This document shows, in pieces, positions 24,184 to 37,562 of a stretch of DNA of 64,000 bases. The notes beneath the pieces were generated by a model. It did no database searches, was not told where the DNA came from, and was given only the letters and a program-made list of their open reading frames with translations. The translations under genes were made by a program, and so were the position numbers. Where the stretch lies: NCBI GenBank assembly GCA_951406725.2, contig OX597814.1, positions 64,728,001 through 64,792,000 on the forward strand, in the 5' to 3' direction. This DNA is from Octopus vulgaris. Taxonomy: Eukaryota. Within the stretch, counting starts at the first letter, position 1, and each line of letters opens with the position of its first letter.

Positions 24184-25405
24184 CATAATGTGTAAGGTAT
24201 TTGGGGAATACCCTTTTGGGGTCATTGCTGCATTTTTTGCTATCACTGTATAATATTTGTTTCAGAAAATAATAATGGCAGACCCTCAGCTTGCTCAAGA
24301 AATGAAGAGTCATGCTGTTATTGTGGTTATAAAGGCTGAGCGTAGCGATTTAGAAATATCTCGATGTTTAAAAGTTGCCAGATCTTTCGTCTACAAAGTT
24401 TGTAAGGAGCTAGAGACTGAAGATGGAAACGTATCACCAACATCAAAGTATAAAAAACATTGTAAACACCCTGAAATCATCAGAACAGCCAGAAAGTTGA
24501 TGAGGTCAGTTGCAAAAGATCTCCATGTATCAAAATGAACAGTCAGAAATTTTGTCCACGAAGACATCAGATATGAATCTTATATGTTGAGGAAAGGTGT
24601 ATATGTCAGAAAAAGCAAAAGAAAATCACTACATCAGATCTAAAAGGCTCTTAAACAAACTGAAAATACCAGCAGAAGATTTGATTTAGTTTTTCTCGAA
24701 CGAGAAAAATTTCGATCAAGATCAAAAAGTTAACACAAGAAATGACAGATGGTTTTGTGCAGACCCTTCTGAAGTTCCAACTGTTATGCATACAAAATGT
24801 CCTGCAACTGTCGTGGTTTTAGGAGTTGTCAGCAATGAAGGACATGTGATGCCTTCTTACTTGTTTCCACAAGGCCTTAGAGTTAACTCTGCCGCCTACA
24901 TTGAGGTCCTGAAAATAATTGTTAAGCCCCAGATAGACTGTGTATGCAATGGAAGGCCATATGTGTTTCAGTAAGACGCTGCACTATCACCCATGGCTCT
25001 AGTAACACAGGAATGGATGGTTGAAAATTTTCATGATCACATAACCCCTAACATTTAGCATCATAATTCCCCTGATCTCAATCCATTGGACTGTTACATG
25101 TGGAGCGATGTTGAGAGAGAGAGGTCAATGCACACGCCCATGACACCAAAGATTCTTTGAAAGCTGCCTTAGTCAAAGCAATGTCCAAAATGAACCAGGA
25201 CCACTTGATTCAAAGATGTAGATGATTTAGATCTCATATAGAAGCAGTTGTTGAAGCTGAAAGTGGCTTTATTGATAATATTACAGAAAAGAAGGTTTAT
25301 TTTCATCCTCATAGCATTTTTTGATAAATAAAGTTATTATCTGTTATTAGATATAGCTGGGGTTTTTTTTATAAACTAAAATCTGTCCTCAAATATCTTA
25401 CGCAC

Positions 25406-25409
<4 letters not shown>
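24184..25409 (+). mobile_element. DD37D (maT-type) Tc1/mariner transposon, decayed full-length copy
   Basis: Imperfect ~27-bp TIRs (cataatgtgtaaggtatttgggga / rc cagagtgcgtaagatatttgagga) in (TA)n. Transposase remnants FFSNEKNF, VVVLGVVSNEG, YVFQ*DAA...NSPDLNPLD with D-37-D spacing. Confidence 0.88.
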
Positions 25410-25442
<33 letters not shown>

Positions 25443-26168
25443 GTTTAAATATTTGTTGTGCAAGATTTTTTATGTGAAGTCGTGTGTTGAAACAGATATT
25501 GTTATATTTCGGAATGGTCATATTGCCAGTTTAGCAAATAAAAACACACGCACTATATATTTGGTGTTATTTTGCTTCAGTGATATTTATTTTTTACATT
25601 AATCTTAATCTTATTTCGGCCAAAGTTCTTTCGTCACACTCCTGTGACCGCATCAGTGGTCCTTTGTTTTCTTCTCACTTACTTGTGTCTCTCCTTACTA
25701 ACCGTCAGCCATTTTGTATTTCTATTGTATGTCTTCATTTGCGCATGCTTATATCTCTATGCGCGTCTATGTTTATTTAGTGTGTGTGTGAGGGGGATGC
25801 CTGTAATATTTGTATCTTCTGGTTATATACATTCTTGTAATTTGTATTTTGTTTTTGTTGTTGTTGCTTTTGTTCTAATTTTGTTCATGTGTTTACATCC
25901 ACCCATTATTATCATTACATATGCTTGTATGTATGTATAACAACAATATTAGTAATAATAATAATAAATCTAATATATATATATATATACACACACATAT
26001 ATATATATACATATATATATATATACATATATACACACACACATACACATATACATACACACATACATATATATAGTTATTCATTTCTATTTCTTTAATT
26101 ATCTGTGTATTTATTATGTTTGCAGGATCCACTATCGTCATATGTTGTGGTGTGCGCTATTGCTCCAA

Positions 26169-26840
26169 TTTGATAATATATTATGTAATGATAGGAATGG
26201 GATTTGCCCACTCTATAGGAACAAGTCATGGAACACTATAGAAAGGACAAAAAAGAAAATAGGGAAGGCCAACTCTTGGTATGATAGCCATAAATACCAG
26301 AGTGTCATGTTCGTTGACACCACCCCTGGAGGTGAACTGGCGTACCGCTTTAGAAGGACCCTAGATAAACTTAAACTAAGAATTAAGGTTGTTGAAAAGC
26401 CAGGCAACCCTATCAGATCTATAATTGGTAGAAGCTATCCTTTTAGTAGAACTCTCTGTACGGATAACTATTGCACTGTATGTAGATTTAGCCCACAAAC
26501 AAACTGTAAAGCCAGAAATGTGGTCTATAGTATAAGATGTATAGAGGGACGATGCAGTAACAAGACAGTAACATACGTAGGGGAAACAGCAAGAAGCATT
26601 GGTGAGCGGGTGAATGAACATTGGAGACAACTCAAGGAAGGTAAAAGCTCATCGATTCTGTACCAACACGCTGAACAAGAACACGGGGGATCAATCAATA
26701 ACATAGAGATTAAGATATTGTCCACACATAGAACAGATGCAACAATTAGACAAATTACAGAAGCTACACATATAATAGAAAATAAACCTAGCCTGAATAG
26801 AAAACTAGGATGGAGCAATAGCGCACACCACAACATATGA
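26169..26840 (+). CDS. C-terminal part of a Penelope-like ORF: Cys-rich linker plus GIY-YIG endonuclease (5'-truncated, frame intact)
   Basis: VMFVDTTPGGELA...CTDNYCTVC...NCKARNVVYSIRC..C...YVGETARSIGERVNEH...SSILYQH...RQITEATHI..NKPSLNRK..W. The ORF-track start (MLWCALLL) is an artefact of the inverted arm. Confidence 0.9.
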   Translation, partial: FDNILCNDRNGICPLYRNKSWNTIERTKKKIGKANSWYDSHKYQSVMFVDTTPGGELAYRFRRTLDKLKLRIKVVEKPGNPIRSIIGRSYPFSRTLCTDNYCTVCRFSPQTNCKARNVVYSIRCIEGRCSNKTVTYVGETARSIGERVNEHWRQLKEGKSSSILYQHAEQEHGGSINNIEIKILSTHRTDATIRQITEATHIIENKPSLNRKLGWSNSAHHNI

Positions 26841-26976
26841 CGATAGTGGATCCTGCAAACATAATAAATACACAGATAATTAAAGAAATAGAAATGAATA
26901 ACTATATATATGTATGTGTGTATGTATATGTGTATGTGTGTGTGTATATATGTATATATATATATATGTATATATA

Positions 26977-27027
<51 letters not shown>

Positions 27028-27343
27028 TTCAATTAGATTTATTATTATTATTACTAATATTGTTGTTATACATACATACAAGCATATGTAATGATAATAA
27101 TGGGTGGATGTAAACACATGAACAAAATTAGAACAAAAGCAACAACAACAAAAACAAAATACAAATTACAAGAATGTATATAACCAGAAGATACAAATAT
27201 TACAGGCATCCCCCTCACACACACACTAAATAAACATAGACGCACATAGAGATATAAGCATGCGCAAATGAAGACATACAATAGAAATACAAAATGGCTG
27301 ACGGTTAGTAAGGAGAGACACAAGTAAGTGAGAAGAAAACAAA

Positions 27344-27388
27344 GGACCACTGATGCGGTCACAGGAGTGTGACGAAAGAACTTTGGCC
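27344..27388 (+). ncRNA. Hammerhead-like motif in Penelope pLTR (CUGAUGC variant); mirror copy at ~25618-25662 on minus
   Basis: cca-CTGATGC-G-gtcac-aggagt-gtgac-GAAA-gaac-TT-tgg. Confidence 0.6.
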
Positions 27389-27952
27389 GAAATAAGATTA
27401 AGATTAATGTAAAAAATAAATATCACTGAAGCAAAATAACACCAAATATAAAGTGCGTGTGTTTTTATTGGCTAAACTGGCAATATGACCATTCCGAAAT
27501 ATAACAATATATATATATATATATATTACTTTCCAGTAAAATTTATCCCCATAAGGGTAAAATTATACTGGAAAGTAATACATTTGTATTGCATTATTAT
27601 TTTCATTGAAACTTCTTCACTGCTTTCGTTCTGTTAACGTTTTGGCGTTCAGACATGTGTACTGGTATTGATGTGGCAACATTTGAAATTTTGTCTAGGT
27701 AAATGCAGCTGATGTAGACTAATCAAATTTATGTTGTCAAACATATTTGAAGAGTTAGAAACCGGTCCTGCATTATCCGTATCTAGGTTGCCCATTTATC
27801 GAATGTTCTTCCTAGAGGTAAGACAATTTTTTTTCATGTTTGCTGCACACACGCGTCTTTGCTAGTATATACGCGGTGAAGCTATATAATAGCGTCGTAT
27901 TTATATCGATTGCTATTTTCCAGTAAATGTTTGTGCCTTGTTATACCATTTA

Positions 27953-27984
<32 letters not shown>

Positions 27985-28065
27985 TGCCACAGCACAGCGG
28001 TGGTGCCCCAACATGGTCGCAGCCTTCGGGCTGAAACATTTTTAAGGATTTAAGGATTTTAAGGA

Positions 28066-28154
<89 letters not shown>

Positions 28155-28230
28155 ATATATATATATGTATATATATGTATATATCTATATACATGCATAC
28201 ATACATACATATATATATATATTAATCATT

Positions 28231-28289
28231 TACTTGTTTCAGTCATTTGACTGCGGCCATACTGGGGAGCTTGCGCACACACCTACAAA

Positions 28290-28348
<59 letters not shown>

Positions 28349-28480
28349 CGTCTAGCAAATTCACTCCCAAGGCTTTGATCGGCCTGAGGCTATAGTAGAA
28401 GACGCCGAAGGAGTCACGTAGTGAGACTGAACTCAGAGCCTTGTGGTTGGGAAAAATAACTTCTTAGCACGCAGCCACAT
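28231..28480 (-). mobile_element. CORE-type SINE copy (internally deleted, with (GA)n)
   Basis: Reverse complement of the 4191 family head and tail (cttgtttcagtcatttgactgcggccat...gctatagtagaagac...gtggttggg). Confidence 0.75.
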
Positions 28481-28919
28481 TCATTGTATCTCATTAGATC
28501 ACTATAAAATCCTAAACTCTGGTAAAGTTATGAATCTCCTATTATTACTTTCCAATTGTGCAAGGTCATTTCAACCAAGACGAGGTCACCAGCACTTTAA
28601 TGCCAATGCCATGTTTGTTTTTCATAGAATTGTTGATTATTATAATGAAGACCTTGTCTTTTATGGTAATGATTAGAATGAGCATGAAGAAGATGACTGG
28701 GAAGATAATCACGATCATCAATGAAAATCATGTTTCATATGACATTGTTGACAATGAATTTGATACCGTTATTGCTGTTGTTGTTATTGTGTAACGCCAA
28801 GTAAGATCTGATCGATCTTGTCCGCGGAAACGTAACTGTTGCTGCATTATCCATATTCCTTATCTAAGACTTTGGGTGGTGAACTTCATCCAGCGAACGT
28901 AAGGAGACTATATTGGTAA

Positions 28920-29063
28920 TGAATTTCATGATATTTATGATGATAACGATGATGATGATGATGGTGGTGGTGGTGGTGGTGGTGGTGGTGGTGATGATGA
29001 TGATGATAATGATGATAACGACGTCGACGACGATGACGACGACGACTCCAACACCAACGATTG

Positions 29064-29095
<32 letters not shown>

Positions 29096-29170
29096 ATGAC
29101 GGTGATGATGATGTTGATGACGAAGGTGGCGAAGATGGTCGTGATGTTGATAGTGGTGATGATGACAATG
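28920..29170. repeat. Compound trinucleotide low-complexity tract (GAT/GGT/GAC/GCT)n
   Basis: Direct inspection; it generates spurious poly-H/poly-S/poly-M ORFs. Confidence 0.9.
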
Positions 29171-29464
29171 GGGGTCTATGTGTGAATGACAGAGGCCACC
29201 TATTCTCTCTGACAATGCCTTTACCAAACTTTAGAATCGTAAACATAGGTGGCCTCATTTTTGCCCGTGGGGTCGTCTAAGCTAAATAAATAAATAAATA
29301 AAGAAGTAAAGGAAAACACAATGGTGAAAAAAAATATAGGCAGAGTGTGAGAGATGAAGAGTAAGCTTCAGATTTAAGATTTAAAGAGGCAGCCCCCCCA
29401 CCAAAAAAATTAACGAAAGGAAAACGGCACTCAGGCATACACACTATAAGCTATACACACACAT

Positions 29465-29524
<60 letters not shown>

Positions 29525-30275
29525 CATACATACATACACGCATATATTTATGTGTGTCTATATGCAAGGGGAGTGAGTGGGAGAGAGCGAGAAAAAGGAA
29601 AAGAGAAAGAGAAAGTGAAAGACGGCGAAAATATAGAAAGGCGTGGGAAGGAAACGAAAGAGAAAAGCGAAGTCTGACGCAGTGAGAAGACAGTAGGTGT
29701 CTTTGACTTAAAGCCGACGGTTGTCTCCCTCACAGTGAGTGACTGACGAATACACAAAGCCATCGCCAATGGTTTGTAGGAGTTATATATTCATTTTTTT
29801 TTTTTTGTTTCTACTTTTCTATCTCATTCCTCCGCCCACTCTATTGGCAATGACTTAAACTATTAACTATTATTCTGTCAGAATAAAAAGAAACAATAAT
29901 GGAAGAAAGAAAATAAAGCTCAAATAAAAGCTGAATACGCTTAGCTTTGAATACATTTGGACCCTTTTCAAACTCCTTTTTTCTTTTATATATTTCTCAT
30001 TCAATTTTGTTTTATGGCCGATAAATATAGAAACACACTGGCAAAAATTAATAAAATATAGAAACAAACAACAAAAGCAAATAATATATAAGAACATAGT
30101 CGGAAAGTTGGGCGACCTTCATGTCGTCTAAACAAACAATCACGCATACATCTTGCAGCACAATTATAGTGACATATACATAGTATCCATGCACATTCTT
30201 CTTATCAGCGTGTGGGGTGCGACATTCTTCATACAGACTGAACACAGACACACGTACTTTATATATAAGTGCACG

Positions 30276-30354
<79 letters not shown>

Positions 30355-30418
30355 GTGTATGTATAAATACATACATATTTATACCCATCCGCACAAACAC
30401 ACACACACACACATAGAA

Positions 30419-30457
<39 letters not shown>

Positions 30458-31089
30458 ATACATACGTGTGTGTGCCTGTATGTATGTGTGTGTGAATGTT
30501 ATTATAAGGATAGACGACTATAATTAATTTTAATATACTTTATTAAAGTTTTCTTTTTCCGTGAGATTTCAATTTTGGTTTTAAATGTTTGGTCTGAAAC
30601 AACAATGCTTCTAAGTCTATTTGTCCATTAACGATTCAATAACTTGCTGGATTCATTATCAAAATAAAATGATGATAATTATTGCATGTTGTCAACGCGC
30701 TATGCCATATGTCACAATGGAAAATGGGAATACTGTTTTAACTTATAAAAGCGTTAATTCCCGATTGAAATATTATACGAAGATTAAGTCTTTGTAGATT
30801 TCTTGATTTATGTGTACTATATTTACATTGATTTGAAGTTTGTTATGTTTATAAGTATAGAATTCTGTTTGAAATTGTGATGGTGCCGTCTAATGTTTCT
30901 CTTTTTCTATATTTCATATACTGTATTATAACGATTTGCTATGGGTCATACTTGTAAATACATAGTCAACAACTTTTCGATATCTGAAGTACTTTCTGTG
31001 GTTTGCTATTTCGTGCTTTCGTTAAGTCCAGTAACGACTATTTTATTAATATTACCATGATTCTTTAGTGACGTAAGGCTACTGGCTCA

Positions 31090-31302
31090 TTACTAGACCA
31101 GACCAGCAATTTCGGGCTGGGGGTGAGTGGAGGTAAGTCGATTAGATTGACCCTAGTGCCCAACTGATAATTATTTCATCGACCCCGGAAGGATAGAAGG
31201 CAAAGTCGGCCTCGGTGAAATTTGAACTCAGTACGTAAAGATAGACAAAATGCCGCTAAGCAATTTTCCTGGCGTGCTAACGATTCTGTCTGTTCACCGC
31301 TT
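31090..31302 (-). mobile_element. Meta-like tRNA SINE
   Basis: Reverse complement of the family: atcgaccccggaaggatagaaggcaaagtcggcctcggtgaaatttgaactcag...gcgtgctaacgattctg. Confidence 0.8.
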
Positions 31303-31534
31303 TACAACATTCCATTATTAACATAACTGATGATGTGATCGGTGAAGTCGTGAAACTCTAAACAGGCGATGGATTTAGCAACAATATTAGTCCAAGCAAA
31401 ACGTAAAGGTTACATAAATAAAATTACCCCCTCCCGCCATTAAACTCCAATAAAATCTTGACTGATTGAAAGAAAAGCTGCCATATACACACATGCACGT
31501 TCATACGCATATATATTGATTATGTGTATGAGTA

Positions 31535-31622
<88 letters not shown>

Positions 31623-31751
31623 AATCTGTCTGTCTGTCTATGTGCATACGTATAAATGTATATATGTATATATGTATATATATACATATATGTATATAGC
31701 AGGCATTAAACACACACTATTAGCAGGCACTCATTCGCCAACCTTACTTAC

Positions 31752-31949
31752 TTCTGTCAACTTCCCAATCTGCAAGACGCCACCTTGTTCAGTCATGCAG
31801 TCCAAGAAATCCTCCCTTTCTATTGCATCTAGTGTCGCTGAAATGTCGATCTCACGTCTAACAACAACGTGCGAGCCACCTTCACCAATAGCAGCCCATT
31901 TTTTCTTTTCTTTTTTTTTTTGTAGACATATTGGACATTCAGTGTTTCT
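31752..31949 (-). CDS. Candidate exon ending in a consensus donor, unknown protein
   Basis: 66-codon open frame (RNTECPICLQKKKEKKKWAAIGEGGSHVVVRREIDISATLDAIEREDFLDCMTEQGGVLQIGKLTE) ending at GAA|GTAAGT. Unique-looking island between microsatellites. Confidence 0.3.
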
Positions 31950-32053
31950 TCAATCGCGGAATCTAAGCCTGAACGAGTTGCAGGATTCTTAAAGAAACTA
32001 AGTCGCATGGAGGTGAATCAAGCTGTTGGAAATAACACACACACACACACTCG

Positions 32054-32136
<83 letters not shown>

Positions 32137-32200
32137 GCACATAACGATAAATAGATAGACTGATAGATAGATAGATTGATAGATAGAACGAACATACAGA

Positions 32201-32252
<52 letters not shown>

Positions 32253-32865
32253 TGTATGTATGTATGTATGTATGCATGTATTTACATCGAAATATAGAAT
32301 ACTACAAATAATAGCATGTAAATATTTGGTTAGAAACCCGTGTAAGAAAAATCGAGTTCTTTAATTAAAAAAAAATATTTCACGTTCTCTCAAACTTTCT
32401 CAATTCTTATGATATTTGAGCGTGTGTGTGTGTATGTGTGCGTGCGTATGCGTCTGTATGTTTGTGTATATGTATATATACATGCATATATATATGTATA
32501 TATATAGATTTATGTACATACATATGCAAACACTCGCATACACACGCACACACACAGACACACACACATACACGGTCACACATACATAGCACAATACATC
32601 GTTTGTCTCTACGAAATTCCTCTGAAAATATTGATCAATCACCGAAACTACTGTATAAGACGCTTGCTCAAAGTGCAGTGCAGGGAGACGAAATTGTGGA
32701 ATCATCCATATTTATACATCATCAAATTTAAATATATGCATGCGTATTTTGATACACATGTCGTGTTTGCTTACCATTAAAACTGGTGCGTTGAGTAACG
32801 TTATTTCCTGTCAATATTGTAACAGCTTCTTTAGTCAAAATATGTGTGACAATATAAGCCATTTT

Positions 32866-33875
32866 AAGGCGGCAAGCTGGCAGAAACGTTAGCACGCCGG
32901 GCGAAATGCTTAGCCATATTTCGTTTGTCTTAACGCTCTGAGTTCAAATTCCGCCGAGGTCGACTTTGCCTTTCTTCCTTTCGGGGCCGATAAATTAAGT
33001 ACCAGTTGCGTACTGGGGTCGATCTAATTGACTGGTCACCTCCCCCAAAATTTCGGGCCTTCTGCCTAGAGTAGAAAATATTAGCTATTTTAAAACGGCG
33101 ATCTGGCAGAAACGTTAGCACGTCGGGTGAAATGCTTAGCAGTAATTCGTCTGCCGTTACGTTCATATTTCAAACTCCGTCGAGGTCGACATTGCCTTTC
33201 ATCCTTTCGAGATTGATTAAATAAGTACCAGTTACGCACTGGGGCCGATGTAATCGACTTAAACCCTTTGTCTGTTCTTGTTTGTCCCCTCTATGTTAAT
33301 CCCCCTATCGGCAATAAAGAAATAAATATTGTAACAGCTTCTTCAGTCAAAATATGTGTGACAGTACTAGTCATTTTAAGGTAGCGAGCTGGCAGAAACG
33401 TTAGCATGCCGGGCGTAATGCTTAGCGGCATTTCGTCTGTCTTTACGTTCTGAGTTCAAATTCCGTCGAGGTCGACTTTGCCTTTCATCCTTTCGAGGTT
33501 GATAAATTAAGTATCGGTTGCGTACTGGGGTCAATCTAATCGATTGCCACCCCGCCATCTCAAAAAATAATAATAATAATTATAAATAAATAAAATAAAA
33601 TAAAATAAAATATAAAATTTTGGAGCTTATGCCTAGAGCAGAAAAGAATATTCTAACAGCATAAAACGGCGAGCTGGCAGATTCGATAGAACGCAAGGCA
33701 AAATTCTTAACGCATTTCGTCTGTCTTTACGTTCTGGGATTAAATTCCGCCAAGGTTGACTTTGCCTTTCATCCTTCGGGATCGATAAAATAAGTACAGG
33801 TTGAACACTGGGTTTGATGTAATCAACTTAGTCCCTCTCCCAAACTTGCCGGTTTTGTACCAAAATTTAAATCAA
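32866..33875 (+). mobile_element. Tandem cluster of four Meta-like tRNA SINEs
   Basis: Heads at ~32866, 33092, 33378 and 33663, each with ctggcaga..cg.tag, g(a)gttcaaattccg and gcctttcatcctttcg..gtcgataaa..aagtaccag. An opposite-strand copy follows at 34005-34200. Confidence 0.9.
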
Positions 33876-34228
33876 TATTGTAACATAGCAATTCAATTTT
33901 CGGAGTCTATAAAATAGTTCCAGGTTTATGTAAGTACTTAGGTCAATATGACCAAGATTATTTGAAGTTTTATCTCAATACAATCAGAATAATTGTTTTG
34001 AACCTTGGCACGAGCCCAGTCATTTTAGAGTCAAGAGGCAGGTCGATGTAATCGATCCAAATACTCGACTGGCATTTATTTTATCGACTCCTAAAGCTGA
34101 AAAAGTAAAATCGACCTAGGCAGAATCTGAGCTCGGAATTCACGAATAAAGTTCTGGGAAGAAATGCCACTGTGCGACGTGCTAATGATCCTGACAGTGC
34201 ACAGTTTTAAAATCAGCAAAACAAAAAC

Positions 34229-34268
<40 letters not shown>

Positions 34269-36689
34269 TGCACACACAGACACATGAATATGCAGAATAG
34301 ATAGATAAACAGATATATAGATACATGCATACGTGCACACACGCATACATACATGCATACACACACATACATACGTACGTGTATGCATGCATGCATACAT
34401 ACATACATACATATATTGATACATACATATGTGCATACACAAGAACACATGTACACTGACTTACACACATGTACACAAACAGACAAAAATTGACGCAGCT
34501 CCAATAATGGACTGAGTCAACATCCATTGACAAGGTTGCAAAAGGCAACGAAAATTTTGGAAGAAAAATGTATAAATAATAATAAATGAGTGGAAATCGA
34601 CAATGATTCTCCCCAGACACAGTATAATTTGCTTCGACACACGAATTTACATAGAGAATCTTGCAAACCAGATACAAAAAGGAAGTAATATACTTTTTGT
34701 TTTTATCGTTTAATTGTTCGTCATGGGACTACAGTCAAGGCTCCATGATTAGTAAATCGGTAAGTTAGCCAAAGTGTCAAATACGAGCGAGTTGTATTGC
34801 TCGCAGTAGTAAATCTAATACTGATTTAAGAGACTAACAAAGGAGTTACTTGGTATCCCAGTGGTCACTTGGCAAGCTATAAATAGCAACCAAATGTTTC
34901 TTCACTCCAGTTATGCTCTCTCAAAAAAATGAGCTCTTGGATAATGAAATCATGGTGAGCTTTATTTGGATAAAAGATGTGATGGTAATGGTTGGCACAT
35001 TTTGACAAGATTTTCTTGAACCTGTTTTGGCACTGAGAATCAGCAACAGCTTAACGTTTATATGAGGATATTTAATAAACAGCTTTGAGAGAATAACTAA
35101 ATATATGTCCTCGGAAAACATTAACTGAAGACGTAAAATATGATGTAATAACAACGTGTGTGATAACATATTTAATGCAATGAGTTCCGATATTTTCATC
35201 AAATTATACCCATATTGAGGAGAGAAATATAATGTTAATGATTAAGCCTTAAAAAAGCTGGTACTAAAAGCAGAATTGGTATTTAAATGAAGATTATATA
35301 AGAAAAACAAAACAGAAAGCAATTGGGTATCAGTCCGGTCTGTCATGGTGCGGTGGCAACTCCCTGCATGTTTCGTCTTATTAAAATACATCAATGAATT
35401 ATCTACCAGATCTTAGAATGGCCACAGGGAATGTAATAGTTTAATAAATTAATGGCTTGCTAACTTACAACAATGGAGGTTAGAAATTGGTTTCAGAGAT
35501 TGTTATATGACGGTTAATTATTTGAAGAACTGCGGCAAATGAAGGACGATCTGGAAAATAAGATACAATTTTGAAACTTTGAATACTTAACATTAACACA
35601 GCGGATGATATTTCTCGCTTGAAAAAGTATTACCACGACCAACTGTTACAAATATTAAAGGAATATTATCAAATTGTGACTTAATTAAAATATTTGTGTG
35701 ATTACTAGTTGGCGGGCGAGCTAGCGGCATCTCAGCTTAACTTTGAACAATACTACGTGTTATACTTGGTTAAACATAATCACTTCAGATGTGGGTTTAT
35801 TCTGTATTTTGATGGACACGATCGGTTGAAAATACATAAAGGCTTTCGTGATAAAGGCTGTCGAATGAATCGTTCATCCGTAACGTTGCAACTGTGTGAA
35901 ATAGTTTCTATATGCAAAATCCCCACCTAGGGCTATAAACATCAGTAGCATATATGTTACAGCTCCGTACTCCCACTGTTTATATCTCGCTCAGAGATTT
36001 AATATAACATTTTCTCTCTTCTACGAGATCTGCGACAGTGGGTCGCAAGAAAAATATACAGTAATTTAGGAGTGGAATGAGCTTCCATCACTAGCTGGTG
36101 ATTAACAGACGCCTAGGACAGGTAACCACTAAGAAACTCGAGTCTGTGTGTATCACGTAAGGCTAGAGATGGGATCGATAACTTCCCCTCGCAAATACTA
36201 ATCGGACACAGAATGTGTGTCGTTAGCCAGCTGGAGGAGATGTCTTAAACATCAGCAGCACTATCCTATATAGGACGCCACACTTAGTTGGCATATATAT
36301 GTTACGGTATATATATATACACGTTCATATACACGCTATGCATAAATATACATATATGCATATACATACATATATACATATATATGAAATATATATATAT
36401 ATATTTAATTTATTATATATATATTGTTTAACGTACACAGTATATAATTATGTGCTACTAATAGTTTCATACATTGAAGAAATCATCTAGGCATGTTTAA
36501 AAAGACACCTAATGTCTCCAATAATCTTTAAGCGTTGACACATAGCCTATACAAGTTACAAATCAGGACGATAGAAGAAGAGAAATCATAAGAAAATTCG
36601 CAGTGAAGGTGGGTTCAAAAAGTGGAATAGTGAAATAGACAGGAAGAGAAAGGAAAAAATACGATAAGCCGAACGAGAAACTGTCCTAC

Positions 36690-37050
36690 TTACACAAACT
36701 GTCCTGCCATCGCCATCACAAGTGTGTAAAAGTCTGAGAGTTAACATTAGCAATAAGGGATCCTACTTCTCTTCTAAAGAATGTTTTGATAAACTAGCCC
36801 CCTATAACAATGCCTTAGCTAGCAGTGGTTTCAAATATAAGTTATAGTACAACTCTTCTAATAATAATACGGTTGATAACGATAAACTTTAGAATAGACC
36901 TAGGAAAGTAATTTGGTTGGCCTACTCCCATCTCCCTAAATGTTAAGACTAACGTAGATAAAAGATTCCTGTCTCAGGTAAATATCTCTCAGAAAATCAC
37001 AAATACAGGCAGATCTTTAACAGATACCGAATTGAATTATCATATAGCTA
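36690..37050 (+). pseudogene. Decayed Penelope-like ORF fragment (post-RT thumb/linker)
   Basis: Frames give YNNALASSGF, NRPRKVIW, SLNVKTNVDKRFL and ENHKYRQIFNRYRIELSYS, matching the PLE motif RxIIWFNPPxSxNVKTNxGKxFL...HKIFNRxxxKxSYS. Confidence 0.75.
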
Positions 37051-37280
37051 CGAAAAAACAAAAGACGAAGACAGATGGTGTACAAAACAAACAGATGTAT
37101 TAGTATAACGCTCAGGAATAGAAAAAGTATTTTACGTTTCGAGCCTACGCTCTTCTACAGAAGGGGATACAGAAAGAACAAGGAGAGAAAAAAATGTATG
37201 TAGTGCCTAACGATCTATCATGGCGACTGACGGACAGAAGGGTCACACACGAGTGTTTAGAAGTAGGGGAGATAATACAT

Positions 37281-37285
<5 letters not shown>
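37050..37285 (-). mobile_element. pLTR-like repeat with hammerhead-like motif (CUGUAGA variant)
   Basis: Minus strand CTGTAGA-A-GAGC-gtag-GCTC-GAAA-CGT-A (37133-37160). Related to 2713-2917. Confidence 0.55.

Positions 37286-37562
<277 letters not shown>

Larger units (their letters stand above)
25441..27510 (+). mobile_element. 5'-truncated Penelope-like retroelement with inverted pseudo-LTRs
   Basis: Near-identical inverted arms 25496-26167 and 26811-27510 flank a GIY-YIG coding segment. 55-nt extension on the left arm; (TA)n on both sides; HHR motif in each arm. Confidence 0.92.

Noticed and set aside
26142-26168. Apparent signal peptide MLWCALLL on the GIY-YIG ORF, and antisense ORF 26525-26836
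   Set aside because: Derived from the inverted copy of the element's own 3' end; not a native N-terminus.
28886-29258. Poly-His / poly-Ser / poly-Met ORFs
   Set aside because: Trinucleotide low-complexity tract open in several frames on both strands; no splice or domain context.
32813-33885. Repeat-spacer pattern reminiscent of a CRISPR array
   Set aside because: Units are ~200-bp SINEs in eukaryotic DNA; no short constant repeats with unique spacers and no cas genes.
35360-35400. Minus-strand ttgatgt...aagacGAAAcatg hammerhead-like remnant
   Set aside because: Core and stem II too degenerate to support.
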